A stretch of DNA of 64,000 nt from Deltaproteobacteria bacterium (GCA_033763315.1 JANRKS010000019.1:257018-321017), one strand, 5' to 3'. Positions 9,887-19,741 are shown, counted from the first letter of the stretch. The notes: generated by a model not told the origin, from the sequence alone. Made by a program: numbers and translations.

Positions 9887-10843
9887 ATGTCGCACGATCA
9901 ATTGCGGGTGCTTGTTGCTGATGAGATGGCCGCGGATGCGGTTTCAATCATGAGCAACGCAGGCTTGAAGGTGGACGTCAACACGGGCCGCACGCCCGAG
10001 CAGCTCAAGGAAATCATCGGCCAATATCACGGCCTCGCGGTGCGTTCGGCGTCAAAGGTGACCGCCGCCATTTTGGAAAGCGCCACACATTTGAAGATCG
10101 TGGGCCGCGCCGGCGTGGGCGTCGACAACATCGATGTGGACGCCGCTACGAAGAAGGGCGTGCTTGTGATCAACACGCCCGCGGGCAACGGCATCGCTGC
10201 GGGCGAATTGGCCCTCGGCTACATCTTCGCGTTGGCGCGCAAGCTGCCACAATCCACCGCCAGCATGAAGGCCGGCCAGTGGGACAAAAAATCCTTCATG
10301 GGCGTTGAGATCACGGGCAAAACACTGGGTGTTGTGGGTTTCGGCAACATTGGACGCATGGTGGGCGACCGCGCCGTGGGGCTGAAGATGAAGGTGCTGG
10401 CCTACGATCCGCACATCGCCCCCGGTTCTGGGCCACCGGCAGGCACTGAGTTTGTGTCGCTGGAAGATCTGATCTCGCGGTCAGATTTCATCACCCTGCA
10501 CATGCCGCTGACGCCGCAGACCAAAGGCCTGTTTGGCCGCGAAAACCTGCTGAAAATGAAGAAGAGCGCCTATCTCATCAACTGTGCCCGCGGCGGCATC
10601 GTTGATGAACAAGCGCTTTACGAGGTTATGAAAGACGGCCACCTGGCGGGCGCCGCTTTGGACGTGTTCGAGCAGGAGCCTTGCGGCCCGCTGCCCGTGT
10701 TGCAATTGCCGAACGTGTTGTCGTCGCCTCACACGGGGGCTTCCACAAAAGAGGCACAGGTCAAAGTCGCCATCGAGCTGGCCGAAGTTTTCGTGGATTA
10801 TCTGCTAAAGGGCAGCGTCCGCAACGCGGTGAACAAGCTTTAA
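9887..10843 (+). CDS. serA: D-3-phosphoglycerate dehydrogenase (short form, no ACT domain)
   Basis: '[28 protein letters not shown]' NAD-binding motif and a 2-hydroxyacid dehydrogenase catalytic region. Confidence 0.85.
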   Translation: MSHDQLRVLVADEMAADAVSIMSNAGLKVDVNTGRTPEQLKEIIGQYHGLAVRSASKVTAAILESATHLKIVGRAGVGVDNIDVDAATKKGVLVINTPAGNGIAAGELALGYIFALARKLPQSTASMKAGQWDKKSFMGVEITGKTLGVVGFGNIGRMVGDRAVGLKMKVLAYDPHIAPGSGPPAGTEFVSLEDLISRSDFITLHMPLTPQTKGLFGRENLLKMKKSAYLINCARGGIVDEQALYEVMKDGHLAGAALDVFEQEPCGPLPVLQLPNVLSSPHTGASTKEAQVKVAIELAEVFVDYLLKGSVRNAVNKL

Positions 10844-10864
10844 CCGCGTCACCGAAGAAGCCTT

Positions 10865-12076
10865 ATGGTTGAACCACTCTCACTTCGTCTGCCCGCCGGC
10901 ATTCGCGATTTTGCACCGGGCGCCGCAGCCGCACGTCGACAGATCGCTGAGACGCTCATCGGCGTCTTTGAACGCTGGGGCTACGCGCAGGTCATCACAC
11001 CGGCCTTCGAATACGAAGCCGTCTTGGCGCTGGGGTTAGGCAGCGATGGGCGCGCGTCTGCGCTGCGTTTCGTTGAGCCAAGCTCGGGGCAGGTGCTGGC
11101 TCTGCGGCCCGACATCACGCCGCAGATCGCTCGTTTGATGGCCACGCGTTTTCGCGACGAAGTGGGGCCCATTCGCATGTGTTACGAAGGCCCTGTGTTT
11201 CGCTACGATGCGGCGGCGCGCGCGCAACGAGAGCTGATTCAAGCGGGCGTTGAACTGGCTGGCGTGCAGGGCGCCGATGGTGACGTCGAAGTGATTGGCA
11301 CGGCTTTGGACGCGCTCACCGCCGCTGGTTTGCCTGAGGTCACCATCGACCTCGCCCATCCAGGGCTTGCGCGTTCTGTGATTGAAGCCGCGCGTCTGCC
11401 TGAGCCGCTTGTGCCTGTGTTCCGTCAGCGCTTGGCTAAACGCGATCGCGCGGGCGTGGCCGAACTGCTCACGCAGGCCTCGGGACCGAAGGCGATGCTT
11501 GCCTTTGCCGCGTTGTTGCCTGCGTTTTCGGGTGGCCCCGCCATTCTCGAGAACGCGGCCGCCAGCGCGCCCAGCCCTGATGTGCGCAACGCTTTGGCAG
11601 ACCTGCGTGAAGTGGTTGATCGCCTGTTGAAGCGTGGCGTAGCTAAATCCCGCCTTCACGTTGATTTGGGTGAGGTGCGCGGCTTCGATTATTACACCGG
11701 CGTGCGCTTTCAGGGCTTTGTCCACGGCGCCGCGGACGCGATCGTTGCCGGTGGCCGTTACGACGCTCTCATGGGGCGCTATGGCAGGCCGCGGCCTGCC
11801 GTGGGTTTCGCCATCGACGTGGAATTAACGGCAGGCGCCCTGGAAGAGCAACACGGCGGTTTGCCCGTGGGCCCGCGCAATGGCCAAGGCGGCGTGCTGG
11901 TTGTTGGCGAGCCTGCCGCGGCGGAAGCGCAGGCCCACAAGCTGCGCGATGCCGGTACCCGGGCCGCGGTGGCGGGGCCCATGGATTCCGAGGACGCGCG
12001 GGCTTACGCGCGCCGCTGGGGGTACAGTGAAGTTCTTTTGGCAGGGAAGAAAACCAAAACCCTGTCCGTCGAGTGA
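10865..12076 (+). CDS. hisZ: ATP phosphoribosyltransferase regulatory subunit HisZ (HisRS paralog lacking the anticodon-binding domain)
   Basis: Class-II aaRS-like core 'LPAGIRDFAP', 'LRPDITPQIARL', and 403 aa without a C-terminal anticodon domain. Conserved hisZ-purA linkage. Confidence 0.75.
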   Translation: MVEPLSLRLPAGIRDFAPGAAAARRQIAETLIGVFERWGYAQVITPAFEYEAVLALGLGSDGRASALRFVEPSSGQVLALRPDITPQIARLMATRFRDEVGPIRMCYEGPVFRYDAAARAQRELIQAGVELAGVQGADGDVEVIGTALDALTAAGLPEVTIDLAHPGLARSVIEAARLPEPLVPVFRQRLAKRDRAGVAELLTQASGPKAMLAFAALLPAFSGGPAILENAAASAPSPDVRNALADLREVVDRLLKRGVAKSRLHVDLGEVRGFDYYTGVRFQGFVHGAADAIVAGGRYDALMGRYGRPRPAVGFAIDVELTAGALEEQHGGLPVGPRNGQGGVLVVGEPAAAEAQAHKLRDAGTRAAVAGPMDSEDARAYARRWGYSEVLLAGKKTKTLSVE

Positions 12077-12092
12077 AAGTGGAAAAGAGAAA

Positions 12093-13373
12093 ATGCCTGT
12101 AGCTGTCGTTGTTGGAGCCCAATGGGGGGACGAGGGGAAGGGGAAGGTCGTTGACCTTTTGACTGAGAACGCTGACGTCGTTGCCCGTTGGGGTGGTGGC
12201 GCCAACGCCGGTCATACGTTGGTTGTGGATGGGCAAAAATACGTCACCCACTTGATGCCTTCGGGCGTGCTGCGCCGCCAAGTTACGTGCGTGGTGGGCG
12301 AGGGCATGGTGATCGACCCCAAGATCCTGCTGGAGGAGATCCGCGCCTTCAAAAAGCACGGTCTGCTCGCTGATTCATCAAAACTTCTGATTTCCAGGCG
12401 CGCGCACATGACTTTGCCGCACCACCGGATCTTGGATGGCGTACGTGAGCAAGGTCCGGCGGCCGTGGGCTCGACCAAACGGGGCATTGGCCCCACCTAT
12501 GAAAGCAAAGCGGCCCGCACAGGCCTGCGCATCGACGACCTTTACCGGCCTGATCGGTTTCGCAAACGCTTGGAAGCCAACCTGCAGCTGTTGGGTCCTG
12601 TGTTTGCCGATGCGAAGGATCAACTGCCGAGCGTGGAGTCGGTGATCAAAGAGTATCTGGCTTACGGCGAAGAGTTGGCGCCCTACGTGGGCGACGCTTC
12701 GTACTTTCTAAACAAGCAGATCGACGCCGGGAAGAATGTGCTGCTTGAAGGCGCGCAAGGCGTGCTCTTGGACATCGACCACGGCACGTACCCGTTTGTG
12801 ACGTCGTCGTCAACGACGGCCGGCGGCGCTTGCGCGGCGTTGGGCATTGGGCCCACGAAGATCAAGACCGTGATCGGGATCGTGAAGGCCTACGCCACCC
12901 GCGTGGGGATGGGGCCGTTCCCCACAGAGCTGGATGACGCCGTGGGTGCCAAGATTCGCGAAGCGGGGGCCGAGTTCGGCTCCACCACGGGGCGCCCTCG
13001 TCGCTGCGGCTGGCTGGATATGCCGGCGTTGCGTTTGGCCATCCGCCTGTCCGGCATCGAGAGCCTGGCGTTGACCAAGCTCGACGTCCTTTCCGGGATG
13101 GAGACGGTGAAGGTTTGCGTGGCCTACAAGCTGCGTGGCAAGCTTTTGGAAGAGATGCCGTGTGACCCCGAGGACGTCGACGAGGTCGAACCGGTGTACG
13201 AAGAGCACCCAGGATGGAAGCAGACCAAGGCTGATGGTGGCCTCGACGGCTTGCCTGAAACCGCCGCGAAGTACCTCGATCGCGTGAGCGAATTGGCAGG
13301 AATCCCGCTAAGTTTGATCTCTGTGGGGCCCGGTCGCGACGAGACCATCGTCAAGGGCCACCCCTTCGAGTGA
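12093..13373 (+). CDS. purA: Adenylosuccinate synthetase
   Basis: 'VVVGAQWGDEGKGKVVDLL' and 'GGGANAGHT'. Start set at the ATG with RBS 'GAAAAGAGAAA'; the longer ORF-track frame runs into hisZ. Confidence 0.95.
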   Translation: MPVAVVVGAQWGDEGKGKVVDLLTENADVVARWGGGANAGHTLVVDGQKYVTHLMPSGVLRRQVTCVVGEGMVIDPKILLEEIRAFKKHGLLADSSKLLISRRAHMTLPHHRILDGVREQGPAAVGSTKRGIGPTYESKAARTGLRIDDLYRPDRFRKRLEANLQLLGPVFADAKDQLPSVESVIKEYLAYGEELAPYVGDASYFLNKQIDAGKNVLLEGAQGVLLDIDHGTYPFVTSSSTTAGGACAALGIGPTKIKTVIGIVKAYATRVGMGPFPTELDDAVGAKIREAGAEFGSTTGRPRRCGWLDMPALRLAIRLSGIESLALTKLDVLSGMETVKVCVAYKLRGKLLEEMPCDPEDVDEVEPVYEEHPGWKQTKADGGLDGLPETAAKYLDRVSELAGIPLSLISVGPGRDETIVKGHPFE

Positions 13374-13508
13374 CTCAAAAACGAACTTATTGATATTTTT
13401 TCGGTTCGCCGGCCCTGCCAACATGCGTTGGTCTCTTGCCACAGGGTCGGCCTGTCGTTATTGTGGCCGAGGCAGCCCGGTGGAGGCTGCTAACTCTATG
13501 AGGGCTCA

Positions 13509-15332
13509 ATGAAAATCGTCTGCGAAGCCTGTGGCGCGAAGTACTCGATTTCGGACGATAAGGTCCGCGGAAAAGTCTTCAAGATTCGATGTAAGAAATG
13601 CAGCCACATCATTGTCGTGCGCGGCAACGAAGATGGCGTGCCCATGGAGGCAGAGCCGTCCGCGTCTGCTGACCTGCGCGCTCAACATTCGGCTGAGGCG
13701 CCCGCCGCCGAGGCGGAGGCGGTTTGGTACGTCGTCGTTGAGGGCGAACAGGTGGGCCCCCTGACCGAGGCCGACGTAGCCGCCCGTGTGAGCCGGGGCG
13801 AAATCACGGGCGAGACCTTCGCTTGGCGAGAGGGCATGGCCGACTGGATTCAGGTTTCGGCGATAGCAGAATTCGCGAACTCCTTGGCGGCGGCCCCCCC
13901 TTCAGGTGGCGGCGACGACGCGGACAGTCCGTTTGCACCTCAGCCCACGGCCGTTTACCCGCCAGGCACCGCCGAGAGCATCTTCGGCGATCCCGCCGAC
14001 GTGACGCCGGCGCCCCAGGCACAGCGCCCCTCGGGTGGTCGTTCAGAAGCAACAGAAGTGTTTGGCGCACCCACCGCGATCGGGAAACCTCCCGCGGGCC
14101 AAGATTTGTTCGCACCGCAAGCCATGGACGCCTTCTCGGCGCCCGCGCCCACGGCGGTCAGTCCGGTCAGCCACCACATGGCTCCTGTGGCCGCGCCTGT
14201 CTCGTCGGGGGGAGGCTTCTTCCCGGTGTCCGCGCCTTCGCCCGCCTCTGCAGGTGCCGGTGCGGGCCTGACGGGTCAGCGCTCCGAAAACTCGGTGCTG
14301 TTCTCCCTCTCCAACCTCGAATCGTTGGCTGGGTCAGGTTCGCCTTCGATCAGCAGCGCTCCGTTGTCCTCGGGCCGGGGGCTTTCCGCAGCGCCTGCAC
14401 CAGTCACCGAAGGCTCGGGCCTCATCGACATCCGCTCGATGGCGGCGATGACGCTCGGCAAGCAAACCGAACAGCCTTCCATGTTTGGTGGGATGCCTAT
14501 GTCGGCGCCCGAGCTGCCAACGTTCTCCGCGGCTCCGATCGCCCCCTTGGCGCCCATGATGCTGCCCACCCGGCAAAGCAGCGGCGTGCCGCCGTATGTG
14601 TGGGCGCTCGTGGTGCTCGTGGTGGTCGCGCTGGCTGGCCTGTCTTACATGATCTTGCGGCCAACCCCGCTGCCACCCGCACCGGTGGTGGTGGCAGCGC
14701 CGCCGGCACCTGTGCCCGCGGCCCCCGCGGAGCCGCCACCCACGCCTCAGGCCGCCCCCGCAGCCGCTGCGCCCGTCAAAGAGGAAGCTTTGCCTCCTCG
14801 CGAAGAGGCCGTGGTGCATGAAAAGGCCACCTCCAAAAAGCCTTCCAGCGGCTCGACGGGCTCGAAGAAGCCCGCCACGACGGCCAAGGCCGATCCAGAG
14901 CCCACAAAGGCTGAACCGGCTCCCAAAGCCGAACCAAAAGTGGAGGCCCCTGCACCGGCGAAGAAAGGCTCGCTGGACGATCTGTTGGCGGGCGCCATTG
15001 GCGGTGCGCCGAAAAAGGCGCCAGCACCGGCCGCCAGTCCAACACCCGCCGCGGAGCCTGCCAAGAAGGCCGGCCCCTTGGGCAAGTCAGACATCGTGAA
15101 GGGCATGATGGGCGTCATGCCGAAGACGAAGGCCTGCTACGACCAATACAAAGTGCCAGGCACGGCCAACGTGAACATCAAAGTGGACCCCAGCGGTCGT
15201 GTCGACAGCGCCGACGTCACGGGCAAGTTTGCCGGCACGCCCACGGGCGAGTGCGTGGAGAAGGCAGTGAAGACGGCGCGGTTCCCAGCGTCTGATGGCC
15301 TGACCTTCCCGTACCCGATTCCGCTCCGCTAA
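13509..15332 (+). CDS. GltJ/AgmX-like protein: N-terminal zinc-ribbon plus GYF-like (DUF4339) domain, TM helix, Pro/Ala-rich periplasmic region, and an AgmX/PglI (TonB-C-like) C-terminal domain
   Basis: 'CEACGAKYSI...IRCKKCSHII' zinc ribbon. 'WYVVVEGEQVGPLTEADVAARVSRGEITGETFAWREGMADWIQV' GYF-like domain. TM 'VWALVVLVVVALAGLSYMIL'. C-terminal 'KTKACYDQY...GECVEKAVKTARFP'. Confidence 0.75.
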   Translation: MKIVCEACGAKYSISDDKVRGKVFKIRCKKCSHIIVVRGNEDGVPMEAEPSASADLRAQHSAEAPAAEAEAVWYVVVEGEQVGPLTEADVAARVSRGEITGETFAWREGMADWIQVSAIAEFANSLAAAPPSGGGDDADSPFAPQPTAVYPPGTAESIFGDPADVTPAPQAQRPSGGRSEATEVFGAPTAIGKPPAGQDLFAPQAMDAFSAPAPTAVSPVSHHMAPVAAPVSSGGGFFPVSAPSPASAGAGAGLTGQRSENSVLFSLSNLESLAGSGSPSISSAPLSSGRGLSAAPAPVTEGSGLIDIRSMAAMTLGKQTEQPSMFGGMPMSAPELPTFSAAPIAPLAPMMLPTRQSSGVPPYVWALVVLVVVALAGLSYMILRPTPLPPAPVVVAAPPAPVPAAPAEPPPTPQAAPAAAAPVKEEALPPREEAVVHEKATSKKPSSGSTGSKKPATTAKADPEPTKAEPAPKAEPKVEAPAPAKKGSLDDLLAGAIGGAPKKAPAPAASPTPAAEPAKKAGPLGKSDIVKGMMGVMPKTKACYDQYKVPGTANVNIKVDPSGRVDSADVTGKFAGTPTGECVEKAVKTARFPASDGLTFPYPIPLR

Positions 15333-15348
15333 CGAAGCCGAGTTCACA

Positions 15349-15392
15349 CAAACAGCGCCTCGCAAGGGGCGCTGTTTGCGTTTTGCAACCCT
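15349..15392. terminator. Bidirectional rho-independent terminator between convergent genes
   Basis: Perfect hairpin AACAGCGCC-tcgcaag-GGGCGCTGTT followed by TGCGTTTTGC. Confidence 0.7.
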
Positions 15393-15395
15393 GTC

Positions 15396-16070
15396 TCAAA
15401 TCTTGCGGCGCCGCAGCACCATCGCGGCCGCCGTTGCCAAGGCCGTGGCCGCGAGAGCCAGCCAAGGCCAGCGGGACGGGCGGCTTTGGCTGGCTTCCAG
15501 CTCGAATGAAACCACAAAATCGGGCGGCGCCGGGCCTGTGAGTTTTACGCTGCGTTGCTGGCTGTTGCCGCTTGCGAGGCGCCAGCCGGGGCCCAGGATC
15601 ACGGTCACTTCAGTTTCACCCTGGGGCGGTGGGTGGGCCCGTGGAAAGAGTCTGAAGTGGTGACGCGCGCCCTGAGTGAGCGGCAGCTTCATGGTGGCCT
15701 CCGCCACCACGGCACCGCCAGCGACGCTGGTGCTTGGCCCCACATCTAGTGAAGCGATCGGCGCGAACGGCACGTCCTTGCCATCGACTTGCAGTTTCAG
15801 CCAGCGAGTGGCCTCCGCCTGATAGCGGGCACGCGCACGCTCTTGCTCGGCGGCATCGATGACGCCGTCGTGATTCAAATCGGCCTGCGCCCGAACCGCT
15901 GACCCCGGCTGGGCGCCAAAAAGCAGTGCGACGGACACAAAGGCGGTCGCATCTTGCGTTGCCAAAGTGACGTACCGGTTCACAAGCGCCGGGGCCGTCT
16001 CGGGATGCGCGTGCACGATAGACGGCAATGCGGCCGACACCACGAATGTCACGAGTGGGATGAACTTGAC
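15396..16070 (-). CDS. Secreted protein with an EF-hand-like Ca-binding loop and a C-terminal hydrophobic anchor
   Basis: Signal peptide 'FIPLVTFVVSAALPSIVHA'. 'DLNHDGVIDAAE' matches the EF-hand loop. C-terminal 'WLALAATALATAAAMVLRRRKI'. The longer ORF-track N-terminus overlaps the biotinyl gene in antisense, so the start was set at the internal GTG. Confidence 0.45.
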   Translation of the reverse strand, partial: VKFIPLVTFVVSAALPSIVHAHPETAPALVNRYVTLATQDATAFVSVALLFGAQPGSAVRAQADLNHDGVIDAAEQERARARYQAEATRWLKLQVDGKDVPFAPIASLDVGPSTSVAGGAVVAEATMKLPLTQGARHHFRLFPRAHPPPQGETEVTVILGPGWRLASGNSQQRSVKLTGPAPPDFVVSFELEASQSRPSRWPWLALAATALATAAAMVLRRRKI

Positions 16071-16103
16071 CCTGTGCGCCGGTGACTCTACGCTGGCAAC
16101 ACA

Positions 16104-16319
16104 ATGGCCACCCGCATCGACGCGCACATCGCTGGAACGGTCTGGAAGATCGAAGTGAAAGTGGGGGACTCCGTGACGGCGGGGCAAGTGGTGGTCATCC
16201 TTGAATCGATGAAGATGGAGATGCCGGTGGAGGCCGCCGGCCCAGGAACCGTCTCGGCCATCTTGGTCCAAGAAGGCCAAGCGGTTGAGGAAGGCCAAGC
16301 TGTGGTCGAGCTCAGCTGA
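16104..16319 (+). CDS. Stand-alone 71-aa biotin/lipoyl-attachment domain protein
   Basis: 'VVILESMKMEMPVEA' biotinyl-lysine motif spanning the whole ORF. Confidence 0.7.
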   Translation: MATRIDAHIAGTVWKIEVKVGDSVTAGQVVVILESMKMEMPVEAAGPGTVSAILVQEGQAVEEGQAVVELS

Positions 16320-16327
16320 GGCTGGGG

Positions 16328-16909
16328 TCATTCGGAAGGGCGTGGAAAGTCCTTCCGCACCGGTAGGCGGGGCAGGCCATCATCGCCCCGCACTGGCTGG
16401 TTCGGGTCGTCCTCGGGTTCACGCTTGCTGGGAGCCTTGTCGGCCTCGTCCTTGTCCTTCGGGCGCTTGGCCTCGGCCGGCGGCTCCTTTTTTGTCCTCG
16501 AAGGTGGTGGGGCGGGGGCACCCAGGTCGTCCTTCGCTTTGCTCCCTAGCTTCTCGAGCAACAGGCTTTCCACATGCCGGGGCTTGTCGGGGATGTTCAG
16601 AACCACCCGTGTGGCTGCACGGCCGCTGCTTTCGTTGACAGCCACGAGTTCCAAGGAGGCTTTGTGCACCTTGGCTGCCTCTTCGACGTAGTCAAACAAG
16701 ATGTAGCCCGCGTCCTTGTCCTTCTCGAGGATGGGAAAGCGCTTGTCGACGCGCAGGAACCGAACCGCCGAAGACCAGATCTGGTCGACCGGGTAGGGCA
16801 GATCCAGCGTGGAACGCGCGTGCGCCACGGTGGGCGAGAGTGCGCCCATTGCCGTCGCAAAAAAACACACGAAAACAGACGCTTGGAATATTTTGTTAAA
16901 GCTCTTCAT
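16328..16909 (-). CDS. Secreted hypothetical protein with a Lys/Pro/Asp-rich C-terminal tail
   Basis: Signal peptide 'FVCFFATAMGALSPTVAHA'. Last gene of the cpsB-like operon. Confidence 0.5.
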   Translation of the reverse strand: MKSFNKIFQASVFVCFFATAMGALSPTVAHARSTLDLPYPVDQIWSSAVRFLRVDKRFPILEKDKDAGYILFDYVEEAAKVHKASLELVAVNESSGRAATRVVLNIPDKPRHVESLLLEKLGSKAKDDLGAPAPPPSRTKKEPPAEAKRPKDKDEADKAPSKREPEDDPNQPVRGDDGLPRLPVRKDFPRPSE

Positions 16910-18015
16910 GATGTTTGGGCCTCGGCCTCAGAGGCCTCAGCTGCGTGCTTGGACTCCTCCACCATCTGGCGCAGCGTCGTCCGTCCAGCGCCAGCGAACC
17001 GCAGGCTGAAGACCCCCGTGCTGAGGTACCAAACCACCTGCAGCCCATGCACCACAATGGCATAGGCACCGCCGGCCGCGCTCACCAGGTCTGGGTTCAA
17101 GAAGGCCGCCAGCACCGCGATGATGCCCACCTGAAATTGACCGACCAGGCCAGGGGCGTTGGGCAACGAAATGACCACGCCCGTGAAAGCCATCATTGCG
17201 TACGCTGCGGCGAACGATACTGGCAAGCCCATGCCGCGCGCCAGGAGCCACATGCCCAGCCCGTTGAGCCCCCAGTAGGCGAACGATTGCAGCAGGAACG
17301 GCACCAAATGTTTTGGTTGTGACAGAGCCTTGAAGCCTTGGATCAACGCCCCCAATTTGTCGCTGATCTTGTGGGCCAGCCTGGGCGCGAGCTTTGGCAG
17401 CAGAGACAGACGCAGGGACCACCCGATCGTGAGCGCGGGCCATCGCAAGGCAAAGCCCAAGAACAAGGTGGCCGCGAGGAAGATCGCCAGCGACAACCAG
17501 GCGAAGTAGCTGAGCGGCGCGCCGCCCAACACGGCCAGCGGCCGCGCAAACTGGTCGCGTGACATGACGTAGGTGCCGAACAGGATGAGCGATACGATGA
17601 GACCATCGACCACCCGTTCGACCGCCACCGTGCCCAAGGCCGCGCTCATGCGACAACGCCCCTCGCGGACCAGGTAGTAGGGACGCACGAATTCGCCGAG
17701 ACGAAACGGCAGGGCCATAATCGCCATGAATCCGACGGACGAGATCGGCAGCAACCGACGCAGGGGCAGTGACACGCCGAGCGGTCGCAAGAGGTATTCC
17801 CAGCGCGCCGCCCGGAAGAAGTGGGTGGGCGCCAAGGTCACGATGTAAAGCAGCAGCGGCAGAGCCGGCAGGTCGGCCAAATGGGCCCAAACGGACCGCC
17901 ACTCCATGTTCTTGACGACGAGCCAGGTGCACAGACCTCCGACGAACAAGGAGGTGAAGATCTTCAGAAAGGCTTTCAATCTAGGTCCCAGGTAAGCGGA
18001 AGGGGCGAGTCTCAA
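16906..18015 (-). CDS. Polytopic membrane protein of the lysylphosphatidylglycerol-synthase TM-region (flippase-like, UPF0104) family
   Basis: About 8 TM helices and a family-typical hydropathy and length. 4-bp overlap with the downstream gene. Confidence 0.55.
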   Translation of the reverse strand: MRLAPSAYLGPRLKAFLKIFTSLFVGGLCTWLVVKNMEWRSVWAHLADLPALPLLLYIVTLAPTHFFRAARWEYLLRPLGVSLPLRRLLPISSVGFMAIMALPFRLGEFVRPYYLVREGRCRMSAALGTVAVERVVDGLIVSLILFGTYVMSRDQFARPLAVLGGAPLSYFAWLSLAIFLAATLFLGFALRWPALTIGWSLRLSLLPKLAPRLAHKISDKLGALIQGFKALSQPKHLVPFLLQSFAYWGLNGLGMWLLARGMGLPVSFAAAYAMMAFTGVVISLPNAPGLVGQFQVGIIAVLAAFLNPDLVSAAGGAYAIVVHGLQVVWYLSTGVFSLRFAGAGRTTLRQMVEESKHAAEASEAEAQTS

Positions 18016-18021
18016 CCCATA

Positions 18022-18743
18022 TTAAGGCAGGTCGCCCGCGAGAATACGGCGTGGGCTTTCGCCCAGCAATCGTTCGCAGGCCGCGTCTCCCATTCGTTTA
18101 CGAATCCATTCAAGGCCAGCGGCCGCCTGCTTGGCGCCTTTGAGGGTGTGCATGTCCGTGGCCGCCGCGTGGGCCAAACCTTCCTCGACCAAACGACGCG
18201 CCACCCGCTTTTCCGTCCAGCCATGGCTGCCGTCCAGCGCGGCCAAATCAACCAGAAGCGCGGCACTGCGACCGAGTTTTTCGGCGAGTGTGAGATCGGC
18301 GCGGATCGCACGGTACCGCTCGGGATGGGCCATCACGGGCAAATAGCCGGCCACCCGGATCTGAAACAGGACGTCTTCAATGCGCGGGGGCATCAAGCTG
18401 GGCTCCACCTCGAACAAGAAGGCCTTGTTGCCGGGGTAGCTGGGCACCGTGCGATCGGCCAGGCGATCGTGAAAAACTCCATCCCAGAAATTCTCGGCGG
18501 CCACATCCAGCCGAAGTCCACCCCCGGTTTGCGCCAGCGCCTCCTTCAGGGCCGTGGCCGCGGCCGCAATCTGTTCAGCGCTGGGCATGTACATACCGGC
18601 GCGTTGGTGCGGGGTGGCCACCAAATGCGAGAAGCCCATATCAACCGCCGCGGCGGTCATCTTCAAGGAAGTCTCGATGTCCGGAGACCCATCGTCGATG
18701 GCGGGTAGGTAATGGGCGTGTAGATCCACAAAATTGGGCAAGG
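18022..18743 (-). CDS. PHP-family protein-tyrosine phosphatase (CpsB/YwqE-like)
   Basis: 'VDLHAHYLPAIDDG' and 'ATPH'. Start placed at the TTG preceded by GGAGAG; the ORF-track extension overlaps the divergent gene. Confidence 0.7.
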
Positions 18744-18944
18744 GCGTTTGGCTCTCCGACAGCGTCACACCATACCGCGCCCCGTTGGCAAACGGCACAT
18801 TTGCGTGAGGGCCGGGAACGTTGCAGGACCGGCGTGGGGTGCCCGCCCCCCAGTCGCCTCGATGGAGGGGTCGAAGTGGCAAGTAAAATTGGGGGTGCGC
18901 GGTCTGCGCGAGCTGGCCCGCGATGTGCATAAGGAGGCTGTGCC

Positions 18945-19433
18945 ATGAGCCACACCGCAGACGCACATTCCAAGTACGCACTTCCAAAATTCAAATCAGC
19001 CGCCTCCAGCCAAAAGCGTAACCAGAAGCTTGCGCTCGCTGGTGCTGGATTGGTGGTTGTCTGGATGATGGCGTTGGGTGCGGTTGCCTACAAGCGGCAC
19101 GCGGACGCCGAGGCGGCGACCCAAGCGGCTCTGCAGGTGCGCGCTGCCCAGGAAGCCATCGCATTGGCCGCGCAACACAGTGTGGCAGCGCCTGCTTCCG
19201 CTCCTGTGGCCGCACCCGCGGTGGCACCCAGCGCCCCGGTGGCGGTCGCAGCGGCCGCCCCAACAAAGCCGGCTAGCACCAGCCACCACAGGTCACACTC
19301 CTCTCCGCGCAGCAAGACGCGCACACTGGCGGCGCGTTCCACCAGTTCGAGCAAAGCCGTTGCCACCGCGTCGCCTTCGGCAAAGCGCATGAAGGACGAC
19401 CAGCTGGACGCGCTATTGAAGCAGTTTAAGTAG
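18945..19433 (+). CDS. Membrane-anchored Ala-rich hypothetical protein
   Basis: TM 'LALAGAGLVVVWMMALGAV' followed by Ala/Pro/Ser low-complexity sequence. Confidence 0.45.
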   Translation: MSHTADAHSKYALPKFKSAASSQKRNQKLALAGAGLVVVWMMALGAVAYKRHADAEAATQAALQVRAAQEAIALAAQHSVAAPASAPVAAPAVAPSAPVAVAAAAPTKPASTSHHRSHSSPRSKTRTLAARSTSSSKAVATASPSAKRMKDDQLDALLKQFK

Positions 19434-19741
19434 TTGCCGTGGGGTGCCGGCCCCCCAGGGTGGGGAGTCTGGGCAGCAGTCACTCCACAGCAACTTTGTT
19501 GCGCGGCTCGGGGTGATAGGCTCCCGTGGGCGGAGGCAGGACGCCCGCGTTTCCCAGTCGTTGCGCTGGGTTGGAACGCATGCAGCGATCAAAATTGTAG
19601 AGAAGTTCTTGTTCGAAGTGCCGCAACGCTGCTATTCTTGACCTGGCAACTTGGCGCGCCGGAAGCAACGCGCCTTAGGTGAGGTGAGCGCAGCTCGCGC
19701 CCAGCCGGCCAGTCTTACGTCCGTTAGAGGAGACATTTTCG

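Noticed and set aside
16071-16331. N-terminal 87 codons of the 15396-16331 ORF
   Set aside because: Fully antisense to a clean biotinyl-domain gene; an internal GTG followed by a signal peptide gives a sensible start.
16937-17932. Long antisense ORFs (e.g. 16937-17932, 11036-11725, 36448-37287, 14334-14819, 22406-22675) inside annotated genes
   Set aside because: High-GC genomes give long stop-free antisense frames. These are Arg/Ala/Pro-rich low-complexity translations and overlap well-supported genes.
18744-18987. 5' extension of the CpsB-like ORF
   Set aside because: Overlaps the divergent gene at 18945. Phosphatases of this family begin right at the DxHxH motif, and a TTG with a GGAGAG RBS is present.
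19637-19665. TGGCAAC...GCGCG resembling a sigma-54 promoter upstream of the coiled-coil gene
   Set aside because: The spacing between the GG and GC elements does not fit the -24/-12 consensus.
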